Shown here piece after piece: positions 1 through 11,411 of a stretch of DNA of 64,000 nucleotides. The first letter of the stretch is position 1, and the number at the start of each line of letters is the position of its first letter. The notes under the pieces were generated by a model. It was not told the DNA's origin. It did no database searches and was given only the letters and a program-made list of their open reading frames with translations. The stretch lies in assembly GCA_001244265.2 (NCBI GenBank), contig CDLV01000011.1:868001-932000 (forward strand), given 5' to 3'. This DNA is from Microbotryum violaceum. Taxonomy: Eukaryota. A program made the position numbers and the translations under genes.

Positions 1-2510
1 AAGGTATCGACTCGCGATCGCCGCTTTTTCTTCCGTAATGTATCCACTAACTTCCAAGACCTCCATCCGATCCAATAAAGGTGCGGGAATCGTATCGAGG
101 GTGTTGGCTGTGCAGACGAACAAGACCCGGGAAAGGTCGACGGGTACATCGAGGTAATGATCGAGGAACTGAGCGTTCTGTTCAGGGTCCAACATCTCGA
201 GCAAGGCCGAAGCGGGATCGCCGTTATGCCCTCGTCCGATCTTGTCGACTTCATCTATGAGGATCAACGGGTTCTCGGTTTGGACCTTCTTCAACGCCTG
301 GATCATCTTACCCGGCATCGCGCCGACGTATCTGTGAGATTGGCACGATTAGCTCAGCCTGGGCAACTTGAATCACCTATACGGGGCTCAGGTCCGATCA
401 CGACTCACGTTCTTCGATGACCTTTGATCTCAGCGACATCACCCAACCCACCGACAGAAAAGCGATAAAATTGTCGATCCAGCGCCCTCGCAATCGATTT
501 GCCAATCGACGTCTTTCCCACACCCGGAGGACCCACAAGACACAAGATCTTGCCCTCGACCGTTCCCCTCAATTTGCCTACGGCCAAGAACTCCAAGATG
601 CGATCCTTGACGTCCTTGAGCCCGTAGTGGTCCTCGTCGAGGACTTGGACCGCATGGACGAGGTCAAAGTTCTCTTGCGAGTGCCTACCCCAAGGGATCT
701 GGGTCAACCAATCGAGGTAATTGCGTGTGACGTTGAATTCGCTCGCGGCCGGTTCGAGATGAGACAACTTGTTGATTTCCTCGTCAAAGACTTTGCGCAC
801 CGCTTCGGGCATGTTCAGCGTATCCGCCTTGGACTGAAACTTGTCCACGAGCTTGTCCTTGCCGTCGGACTCGATCCCCAACTCCTTCTTGATCCCCTTG
901 AGCTGTTCCATGAGGTAGTACTCGCGTTGACGTTTCTGAATCTTGTTCTCGACGTCTTTGGAGATCTTGCTCTGCAACTGCGCGTTCATCAACTCCTTCT
1001 TGAGCACTAATAACGCCTTTTGCATCCTCTCCTCGAGCAAGGTCGATTCGAGTACGTCTTGCAACTCGTTGATCTCGCCCGTCGAGACCGCAGCAGCGAA
1101 ATCGGCCAACTTGTCCGGTTCCTCAAAAACGTTACCCGCGGATTGACTCATGGAGAAGTTGGCGATCTGATCCCTGAACAAGGGGTTCAAAGACGCGATG
1201 TCTTTGAAGACGGCGATGATCTCACTCGCAATCGCTCGTGCGGTCTGCGACTTCTTGTCCCAAGGTTGCATCTCAACGTTCTCGACGTTGACGATCGAGA
1301 CGGCGTAATCGTGCAGGAAAGCGGTCTGGAATGATCCACTCGATGGGTCCGTGGAAGAGGCGGTCGAGTCCTCGCCCGACTTTAAAGGTGCAGCATCATC
1401 CTTCTTGCCGTGCTGGTACGAGGCTTCGATGATTTTTTCCAGGTCGGCGGTTTGATCCGTTCGAGCCGACTTGTCGACCGGAGCAGCGGCGTCAGCCTCC
1501 TTCGGGACTGCCTGCTCGCCGTCCTCTGTCACTTTCGATTGTTCAGGTGCCGAAGGTGGGGTGTTTTGTGGTACGGGAAGCAAGTCGGTGATGCGGATTC
1601 TTCGATGAGGGTACAGCACGGCCGTCAAACCCGGTTCCTCATTCTTATCCTTGTCGTTCGCCGCAGCGACGAACGTTGAAGTGATCTGCGCGAACACACC
1701 GACGGGGTGAACCGCATTCGAGTCGGTGATGATGTCACTATCGGCGTTCTCGTCCTTGAGGAGGAAAGCACCGATGTAAGGTTGGCCACGCGCGACGGCG
1801 TCCTTGATCGCGGCGATGACGGCGGCGTTGCGGATGACGACGGCCTTGTAGAAGCCGGGGAAGAGTGGGCGGCGGGTGATGGGCAAAGCGAGGAGTTGTG
1901 GGTAGACCTCGGGTACGGTGCGTTTGGAGAGCGAGGTCGAAGATGGGGGAGTCGAATCACTGCCTTTACCGTTGTCGCCATCGTCAGAGGAGGAGGAGGA
2001 GGACGACGGTGGGGTTGAAGCTTCCGCCGAGTCGCTGCCTTCGGATGAGGATGATGACGAAGAGGCACTGGTAAAAGACGATGAAGCCTTGGAAGTCTTG
2101 TTGTTGTTATCGTTCGTTGGAGATGGTGTCGATTCGGGATTATCGTCGACTTCTGTCTCCTCGTTCTCAGGTTCGGCCGACAGCTTATCGGCACCGTTCT
2201 TGCCACCGTTGCGACCGCCTCCCTGTCGGCCAGGGTACAGCCGAGGTGTGGTCGAGGACAAGAGTGCGAGTCGATCGACCGAGGTTGAGAACGGCCGTCG
2301 AGGGAGGTGCAGGGACGACGACGACGACGACGAACGCGAGATCGGCGCCAGGGATGAGCAAGAGGTGCCCACTGCGCGAGAGAGGTGGCGCGGGGCAGAA
2401 AGGGTCGATGTCCTAGTCATACGGGGCGTGGATGTGGACCATCTCGAGCTGGACAGTGCGAGTGATCTTGTCGATGGCCCGGCGGCGGCCCAGGATCGGG
2501 AGGGAAGCAT
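1..2510 (-). CDS. PIM1: Mitochondrial Lon ATP-dependent protease; 3' part runs off the window
   Basis: Arg/Ser-rich presequence from the ATG at 2510, then Lon N-domain ([13 protein letters not shown]), [19 protein letters not shown] and Walker A GPPGVGKT. Intron 332-408 (GTGAGT...CACAG) joins GHRRT to YVGAMPG...LIDEVDK. Confidence 0.96.
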
Positions 2511-3481
2511 GACTAAATCCCGACGACGAGGACGAGGAGGGGGAGGTGCTCGCGTAAGCTGGGTGGAAGAAGGTGGTGGACGAAAGGCAAAAGTCGAATT
2601 AGATATCTGGGGTGGATTTGCACCCAACAGGGTCAGCTCTGGATAAGCGGGGGGCGATGCGGAACGGTGGTCGCGTGCCTCCGCGATCGTAGACTGCCCA
2701 AGTCGTCGAGGTGGAGCGCGGATAGCAGCGCAGCAGCCAGCGATCCCGACGACGATGACGCGTCGCCCCGTCAATCCGCAGTCGATCCGACACAGTCATC
2801 CCGCCTTGTAGCACTGACTCACCTATACGGAAGTATACAGAGAGGGCTCACGCCACACACCAAGTCGGACAACGAGTGGATCGATAGGCAGCAGCAGGGA
2901 AGCGAGCAAGAGCTAAAGCTAAGGCTAAGCAGATTAGCTCAGCTTCAAGTCTCGAGCGCACACCGGTCGAGCTCGGGCCTCGGGAAACAAAGGTAGAGGC
3001 TCGGGTCGCTCGCACGGACCTATCACTCGGCGCGAGACGTGTACGGCGTTCCAGGGGGACAAGGGAGTGCATCATGCCGGGCGTGGGCCTTCTTTCAGAC
3101 TTGAATACATTTTCTTTGGTCTTCTCTGGGGTTCGTGCAATTCTTTCTTGCACGTGGTGCAAAGGGGGACAGGATGTGTCGTGGGAACCAGCGACGACAA
3201 CTTGAAAGTGTTGATCTCCTCCCCGGCCCGCGCATCGCTTTCGAACAAGCCGAGTCGATTAACGACCCAATATCACGTTAATGACCTCCACGCCACTGGA
3301 CGACATCTCAAACCATCTTGGATCTTGGCGTTGCTCGTAAGGGGTCGACTTGTAATGGGCAGATGGGGGTTAGGGGAAGGGGATGAAAAGGTCTCCTTGA
3401 GGTTACTGAATTTATCCAAGTTGTAATACCCCGGGAAAGATACTATAGACCCAAAGCCATCCTATCCGCACCTGGACTGCA

Positions 3482-6374
3482 TCAAGTACTCACCAACTCC
3501 GCCGGAATACCCAACTCCGAACCCGCCCTCCCGTCTCTTCCCCCTCCCCCAGCACTACCCGTACTCTGCATCATGAAGATACTCTGCCTCGCCATCGCGA
3601 CGTGGGATTTCTTATTCCCACTGGGTTTTCGACGAGGACCGGGCCGGAGGGGTCCGCTGGTTCCGGAGGGGTCGCTGGGACTTTCTTCGGTTGAGCGCAA
3701 GAGTCCATCGAGTAGGAAAGTGAAGTCGAGGCCTACGTCTCGGAGCTGCGGCGGCGATGCCAAGATGAAGGAATCAGTTCCCTTAACTCCATGAACACAG
3801 ATTACGAAAACAGAACGTACCATCGCCCCATGCGCCTGCGTCACCTCCAAACTCTCCTGGATCACCTTGCCATCCTGATCAACCCCATAAACCTGTCTCC
3901 TGAACGTCTCGGCAAAAATTTCGACCTGTTCACTGGCCCACCTCACAAAACCCGACGCCATACGGTTATCCTTGAACGCAGCCATGTACCATTCACACGT
4001 GTTCTTGATCATGGTGAAGGTAACCATGGCCAATTCGGAAATGTACATCGAGATGTCTCCCTCGAATTTGATTTGTCGAGCTCGTTTGCGCACGGAGACT
4101 CCACGAGCGGTGAGGAACGTCTCGCGTGCTCGTTCACCTTGGCTCAAACGAAGGAGCCAGGACGTCGTTCGAACGACACCTAATTTCCGTATCGACGAAT
4201 CGGAAAGATCATTCAAGAGCGCGGTGACGAGTTCCGTCGTCCGGGCATCCAGTTTCGCTCGAAACACCGCTGAAGCATGCGGATCCCCTGTAAGATGAGG
4301 GATGACCCCCTTTCCTTTCTCGACGAAAGAGGTCGCTTCTTCGAACATTCGGGCGGCGATGGCGACGGATACCTCATCGGAGAAATCACCAATCCAGGCG
4401 AGGTCCTTACCCGTCGAATCGCCGGATCCGAGGCCGAGGGCTTGGGCGGGACTGAAGCCGTTAGAGGTGAGACCGCTGTCGTAGCCCGATCGAGCACCGC
4501 CTCGAAGAGTCGATGAAAACTTTGATAGTGCTTTACGGTCAGCTCTCTGATTCTAGTATCTCGAAGACCTTGAGCAAACAACTCACATCGCCTTTCCTCG
4601 CCTCGGCCTCACTGAGCATCTCCTTCCTCTTCTTGTTCATCAACTCCTCCGCGACTTTTTTGAACGCCATCAACAGGACCTTCTTATCCTCGGTCTTGTC
4701 TGTTCGGAAGATGACGGTCTCTTTACCGCGTTTGATTTTTACCGCGTTCGTTAGGTCTGATAGCAACTTCCAGGAGATCAGCGGATCCGTTCATGGCCAT
4801 CCCCCGTTCCCGTTCGAGACAGAACCAACTCACCACCTCCATCCTTCAGATCTACCACCACAATCTCACTCAAGCTGAAGCACCTCTCCGCAACCAACCT
4901 CGTCGGACCCCCTACACCCGTGCCCCTCCTCTTTTTCACACTAACCAACATCGCATCGTTCAACAAGAACAAATGCACCGATTGTTTAGGTTTGTACGTC
5001 GCTGAATTGAGTTCGACGAACGAGGTCGTTTCGGTGATGATGTGTCGGCCTGGGGTGTAAGGGAGAAGTTTCTGGGACCCTTCTACACCTTCCCACAAGG
5101 CGGCGAGTTGGGATTTGTACAAGGTTGCCAAGTCGGCGAGCGAGTTGCGTTGGTTGCGACGGCTGGCCGAACCGGAGCCTGTGAGCAAGCAACGACGCTC
5201 CAGATCAGCTTCTTTTTTGCACCAATTCACGAGTGCAGGAACATGTCGCCTTCCTCACCCATAAGCAAATCATCTTCCCCCCACCCTCCCTCCAGCGACT
5301 CGGGCACGGCCCTCCATTCCTCCAACACCGACTTGAGTTCGAGCATCTCATTCTCCAACGTCGCAATCTCCTTGGAGATGACGACGAAATCGGCATAGTT
5401 CCTGTTGGCCGGTGGTGGCTAGGTCAATACCTTGCGTATTATTCAATATCAGAGATGGCGCGGCCAGGACTGACTTGAATACACTTTTTTGCAATTCGGT
5501 TTCGGTGATCTTCATCGCTCCTTCGAGTTGGGCCTTGAGCGCTCTCAACTCGTCCGTCTCGTCCGAGCCATCCAAGTTCATCTTGAGAACTATAGGATCA
5601 AACCCAACTCAAGATCAGACGACCCACTCCCACTACAACCGAACAAACACTCGTAGATCGCACGAAAAAGGACGACTCACATTCCTCGGGCTTGAACCTC
5701 TCGGAAGCGAACGAGTCAATGTCCAAGCCCGTCATGGCCAACCTCTGCTCCGTCTCGAAATCCACGACCAATCCCGACCCAGCCTCATTGACGGTGCCTC
5801 TCCTCTGAGCCTGGGTGTTCAAGTTCGAAGGGGAGGGTGTTCTCGATGAAGGATCGGGGAAAGTCCCATCGTGTGATGGTGCTGCCCCACCTATCAAACC
5901 TCCTCCCGGGATCAACGAACTCGGCATCATCTGATTCGGACCCGATCTCCCCCCACTTGCAACCACCGGCGACCCCACTCCAGTAGGCAACATCATCCCT
6001 TGCGGTAAACTCGGCAACGCAGGAATGACCTCCCCGGGTCCGATTCCCCTTCCACCGACCGCATAAATCTGGCCATGATGATGATTTGGATAACTGACCG
6101 ACTGGCGCTTCTTCAAGAGTTTGGCACCGACGTTCGATTGCGCGCGCAGACCACCTGTGTTGGATTGGTCGCGCGGTCCGGGACCGAGACCTGACGAGGA
6201 GGAAGAGGGTGGTGGACGATTGGAGCCGTGTTGACGTCCGGACGGTCGACCGGGGAACGGGTTCAGGCCTGGTCCTGCGCCTTGGCGTTGGTGCGGATTG
6301 GCGAATTCCGAGACGGCCGAGAGACGACGGGTTCGCAGGGACGGGTTGTCTTGAGGTGGGGCGAGATGGGACAT
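3482..6374 (-). CDS. EXO84: Exocyst subunit Exo84 (multi-exon)
   Basis: N-terminal SLRTRR and LLKKRQSVSY motifs, Vps51-like coiled segment (ELQKSVFK...NYADFVVISKEI), PH-like region (VHLFLLNDAMLVS) and C-terminal RQIKFEGDISMYISELA. GT-AG introns lie between the ORF pieces. Confidence 0.88.
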
Positions 6375-7160
6375 GGTCGGTCAACAGCGATGGGCACTGG
6401 AGCAACGGCGGCTGGGGTCGGGGAATGGGGCTGGGGATGTCCGTCGTTACGCTCAAGGAGTGACAAGGTGGGGGGGAGGCGCGTGGCGACGGTCGTGGAT
6501 CGTGTCACCACCCAGCGATAGTAGGCACGGGCTCGTTGCAGAAGCGGATGAACAGGTTAACCCAATCCAGCGATCCCGCGATTCAGCGATCCACGCTCGA
6601 CTGCCAGTAGCCGTATTCGTCGATGATGTCTTGCCTGTGCGACGTGGGCCCTGTCCTGGACCGGGCGGACGACGAGGAGCATCCGATCCCGACTTGGCAG
6701 CGCGCGTCGGTCGGGTTCTCTCATCAAGTTTCGGCAGACTGAGATGGACTCGGACTTGGTATTTACCGTTATCGCCACACTCATCACGACTCGTGAGATC
6801 ATGATGATACCGCTTCGTGTCTTTTGCTGCTCAATCTCATTATTCGATCCCTCAGCCGTAGGAGTGGCCTGTAAGCATGTGGATCACCTCTCGCTCTCAT
6901 CTTTCAAGCTCAGCTCACATCGAATATTCCTCTCGCGGCAAAAAATAATAATCAAAGGCCAAGAAAGCAATCACACACACGCCACGCGTAGGGAAACTGA
7001 TATCAATCTCTACCAAACAAGAATAAGGAAGGGAAACGGCAGCAGACAAGAAAGACCTTGGATCTCGGTTCATGACTTTTGTTTCACTCCGTAACCCCCC
7101 TTTCCCTTCCTTATCTCTTCGTTCTTCTTCTACTTCCTATTCACCCCAATGACGGTCCCC

Positions 7161-8960
7161 TTACAGGCCGAGGGTATCGGCATCTAAAGGACAAAATTTG
7201 ACCCAAAAGTCAGCTCCTCATTCCCATCGTGGGTGCGCACCAGTCAGACACTTCAAAACTTACAAGGCAATTGACGCGAGTCCCCCACGGCCACCGTTGT
7301 GGGTTTACTCTTGAGCATCTTCGCCGCGGCCTTACCAACCGACTCGGCCGAGACCTTGTCCAAACCCGCAAACAACTCGTCCAAACTCTGCACCTTCCCA
7401 CTCGCGTTCAATTGTGCACCCAGAACTTCGAGCGACCCAACACGGGATTCAAATGCCGCGGCGGCGTTGAATTTGGCTTTCGCGATCGCTTGCTTGACCG
7501 CTCCGCCGTCGACGCCCTTGGCGATGTTGTGCAATTCCGCAACGGCTTTTTGCGCGACGGTCGAAACCTCGTCCGAGGCGCCGTGGATGATGATGCCGAA
7601 CAAACCGGCGTCCGAGTAGGCGAGGTTCACCGCCTTGGCCGAGGTCGTACCCGATGCGACTTTGGCCAAGGGGGACAAGCCCTGGCTCCATTTAACCGAG
7701 GCCTCACCACCGAGCAAAGCTTGGAGCACGAAAAAGTTCAAGTCGCTGCTGGCACCACCCTCGAACGCGAGCAAGAAGGTGTCGAGCGCGGCGCCGTGGC
7801 CGATCAAGGGGACACGCACCTCGCCACCAAAGTACTTTGTCGCCGGTGCCGAAAGCGAGCCGGCGCCCGAAGCGGACGAAGCGAAGTGCTGCGAAACGAG
7901 CTTGGACAAGGCACCAGTGTCGATGCCGGAAGCGAGAACGGCGACATTGGAGGGGGCGAAAGCGGCCTTGGCGTAGCTGACGGCGGAGGTGTAGTCGACG
8001 GCGGTGTGGGGCGAAGCAAAGAGCGAGTTGCCGAGACCGGTGCGGAAGGCGAGACCATGGGCGAGGTCAAGGGCGTAGGTGGTCGGGTCACGAATCGCCT
8101 GCTCGTACTCTGACGCGACCTGGGTCAAGACCTCCTCGTTGTATTCGTGGGGCGATAGCTTGGCCTGGCTGATCGCGTCTCCGAGCACCTCGGCAAAGTA
8201 AGCCCTGTGTGACGGATGGTCGCATTAAGATGGATCATGATGAGGTTCCAGTGTTGAAAGTAGTGGTGGTGGGTGTGATGACGAGTGGTAGGGCAGGCCG
8301 GCAGGAGGTACGAGTGCGAGGGCGAGGTGAGGCGGCAGAGCAGGTTGCGAAAGGAGACGGGGCAGGGAATAGAGCGTCGAACGTCAGCAACCAAGCACGA
8401 CTCCAAGACCATGAACGACGTGCACGCACTCGTTGCCCTTGATGAACTCGGCAGTCAGGACAAGGTGTTCCCGGGACAGCGACGACGAGAGCACGCCGCC
8501 CAACATCTCGGTCTCGCGCACCAGTCGGATCGCACTCCGCTTGTTGGTCGCCTGAGGGAGTCGTATATTGGGTTCAAGTCAGTTGTACTGCTTTGATACT
8601 TGTGAACACTACGAGCGTAGCGCACAAGCTCGCCAGCTCGTCCGCCGGCGATGCGGTGTCTCCTCTCTCCTTTCGGTGCTTCCGCAGCGCAACTCGCACC
8701 CCCCCACTCACCTTGAACAACGAGTTCCTCAACACATGAGCCAACCCAGGCGCCGTCTCGTATCGCGAACCGGCCTTGACGACAACACTGATCGCGGCCG
8801 TAGGGCTCCCGACGTCCGAAGCCGCGATCTTGATCCCCCCGGCGGCTTCCGAGCTTTGCACACTCGTCGCGTAACCACTACGACGGACGATCGAAGAGGT
8901 GGAAGAGAGAGACGGTCGTACGACCGTGGTACGGGAGGCTGTTCGGAGGGCGAGACTCAT
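7161..8960 (-). CDS. QCR2: Cytochrome bc1 complex core protein 2 (M16 peptidase-like)
   Basis: Mitochondrial presequence, VKAGSRYETAPGLAHVL, YSDAGLFGI and C-terminal PTTVAVGD...DTLGL*. Three introns; stop at 7161-7163. Confidence 0.93.
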
Positions 8961-9130
8961 CCTTGGGGTAATTAGGTTTGGGAAAGGGGGAACGGAAGGG
9001 GAGAAGGAGGGGTGGTGCGGTTGCGGGTGAGCGGAGCGGATCCTGGGCTTGGGGCTCGCAGTAAGCTCAACTAAGTCCTCTCTCTGGAGGGGCTTAGTAG
9101 GACTTATCCGCGCGCCTGGCCCAGTTGCCC

Positions 9131-9579
9131 TCCAAAATCTCGGGGCCATTTTGGGGTGGTTCTCTGTAGCGTGGCAAGTATTTACGATTATCCAGAACGC
9201 AGAAAGGTCATTGATATTCTACTAAAAAAAAGGCCTGTGCCGAACGGCAAGAGGATACCCCATCTGTAGACGAAGCTATATTGATCTGAAGTGTGTAAAT
9301 TTGGTCAATTTGGTCCCAAGTGGTCCGAGCGGCAGCACGCTCCTGCAGCCGCGGGCTTGCGCACTTCGGCGTGTGCGCATCGGTTTCTCTCCCGTCCCAT
9401 TCCACATCACTCGTCTTCTCGGTACTATGCTCTTCGCTTGTTCTCGGTGCAACACCGCGCTTATCTCAGAATGACGCGGAACCGCAGACGCTATGACTCG
9501 ACGACTCGCCAGGATCGCCGCCGTCAGGCAGATCTATTCGCGATCGCTCGGTTTCGGCTTCATAAGCTCTCACTATGTC
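9131..9579 (+). repeat. Left arm of a 449-bp inverted repeat
   Basis: Reverse complement of 10798-11246; both endpoint pairs sum to 20377. Identical mirrored ORFs appear in the track (9208-9405 - and 10972-11169 +). Confidence 0.97.
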
Positions 9580-9689
9580 AATACTTCTCGTGGTATTTCA
9601 GCCCATCAACACAACACGATGGTGTTCACAATCATAGGACAAATCTCTTCAACAGTTATTGGACCCAGCTCAGGCATGTACTTGATCTC

Positions 9690-10450
9690 ATCATACAACT
9701 CGCCCGCGAAGATGGCCCAGAAGGCACGAGGCCGAATCAATAATTGGATTGCCAACCAGGTGGGTAACACTCCAACATGTCAGATCAGTATACAAGAACG
9801 CGGCAAGGCCTCTTATAACTCGTTCTTGGAACGAGTCCTTCGATATCAGCTCAGCCCAGCGCTTGTCTCCATTGTGCATCTCTGGAGACTGTCGGAGATT
9901 TTCAGTAGCAAGACATCAGTACGGAGGTTGTGAGCATGCAAAAGCCTGCGGCGGATTGAATGTACTCGTACGATGAAGATGGATGAGACAGTATGGGAGG
10001 GATCGCTCAACTGCTGTTACAGCTCTCTGTCACCCTATGTTTTCTTGCATATGACAACCGCTTTCTTTCGCTCTTGATTGAGATTGTCGGCCTGTAAAGG
10101 TATCAAGACCGTGGGACTCAGCACCGGCGTCGCCTCAACGGCCAACCGAATAAAACCTACCTGATGTTGGCTCAGCGCAGTCAGAGGACTGACAACTATG
10201 GTGACAGCCCGGCGTCCGTAAACCACATACATGGCTTGAAATTTCAAGCTCTTCCCTGAACCCTTTGGAGCAATGACGAACACAGCGTCATACTGATTTC
10301 GAGTCTTGAACCGCTCGAGCTGAAAAAGTCCGGCGAGAGCTTCGATTTGCACCGGCCGGGGGACGAAGTCCTCGCCAAATTTGTCGACCAAGAGGAGTCT
10401 GAGCTGCTTGCATAACTCAATCGGGTCAACTCGATCTTCTTGAGGTAATT
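9690..10450 (-). pseudogene. Decayed, truncated RecQ-family SF2 helicase
   Basis: Q motif PRPVQIEAL, motif I IAPKGSGKSL, motif Ia VVSPLTALSQHQ, a probable intron ~10092-10160, then SPEM...F.ERVI. Stops follow motif Ia and no DEAH motif is recognisable. Confidence 0.78.
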
Positions 10451-10689
10451 GTGATCTCCAGTGAGCAGCCCGAGAGCGACGGGTAGACACTTCGGGCGTT
10501 GTGTTGGTTGAGTTCCCTTGATGTCGTTGGCTTTGCCCTCGAAGCTGATCGTAAGGGCGACTCTCTGAACTCAATCGATGGAGACCGACGCGGTGTGCCC
10601 TTGAAAGGCGTTGGCGTTTGTACGGGCATGGTAGATCATGAGGGCGGTAGCGACGTCGTGGGCTGGCGTTGTGGACCGAAGGTGAGACC

Positions 10690-10793
10690 GGTGAGGCCAG
10701 GCTGGCTGATTCACGTCGGCGCGAAGAACCGTCTCTCTGGGTCCGTGCGCGAGCCAGCTCCAAGTCGAAAATACCGACTTCTCACCGCTGTAG
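10690..10793 (+). repeat. ~105-bp imperfect direct repeat, copy 1 (copy 2 at 13712-13820)
   Basis: Both copies read GGTGAGGC...GCTGATTCACGTCGGCGCGAAGAAC...CGACTTCTCACCGCTGTAG, with scattered substitutions and one small indel. Confidence 0.9.
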
Positions 10794-10797
10794 GTCA

Positions 10798-11246
10798 GAC
10801 ATAGTGAGAGCTTATGAAGCCGAAACCGAGCGATCGCGAATAGATCTGCCTGACGGCGGCGATCCTGGCGAGTCGTCGAGTCATAGCGTCTGCGGTTCCG
10901 CGTCATTCTGAGATAAGCGCGGTGTTGCACCGAGAACAAGCGAAGAGCATAGTACCGAGAAGACGAGTGATGTGGAATGGGACGGGAGAGAAACCGATGC
11001 GCACACGCCGAAGTGCGCAAGCCCGCGGCTGCAGGAGCGTGCTGCCGCTCGGACCACTTGGGACCAAATTGACCAAATTTACACACTTCAGATCAATATA
11101 GCTTCGTCTACAGATGGGGTATCCTCTTGCCGTTCGGCACAGGCCTTTTTTTTAGTAGAATATCAATGACCTTTCTGCGTTCTGGATAATCGTAAATACT
11201 TGCCACGCTACAGAGAACCACCCCAAAATGGCCCCGAGATTTTGGA
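10798..11246 (-). repeat. Right arm of the 449-bp inverted repeat
   Basis: Reverse complement of 9131-9579. Confidence 0.97.
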
Positions 11247-11275
11247 TTTTGGGGGCGCTAGCCGTGTCCAGGGAG

Positions 11276-11411
11276 TGCTAACTTCGCCAACTTCAGGCGC
11301 GCGCGCGCGCTTGAGGCCCGATTAGGCATGAAGTTGGCGAAGTTAGCAGGGGCGTGGGCGAAGTTGGCAGAAAGGCGGGGGAAGTTGGCATTGGCCCACG
11401 GGAAGTTAGCA
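11276..11411. repeat. Subterminal-type motif array GAAGTT(A/G)GC with a 20-bp perfect inverted repeat
   Basis: TGCTAACTTCGCCAACTTCA (11276-11295) pairs with TGAAGTTGGCGAAGTTAGCA (11329-11348). Further GAAGTTRGCA copies occur at 11360, 11381 and 11402. Confidence 0.85.

Noticed and set aside
9208-11169. ORFs within the inverted arms (MEWDGRETD..., MCKFGQFG...)
   Set aside because: Non-ATG starts and no recognisable domain; they recur only because the DNA is duplicated.
9131-11246. Inverted repeat as a simple fold-back sequencing artefact
   Set aside because: The 1218-bp spacer is non-palindromic and the flanks are unique, unlike a missed-adapter fold-back. Read support should still be checked.
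11276-11411. CRISPR-like array
   Set aside because: Eukaryotic context, 9-10-bp motifs with irregular spacing, and no cas genes.
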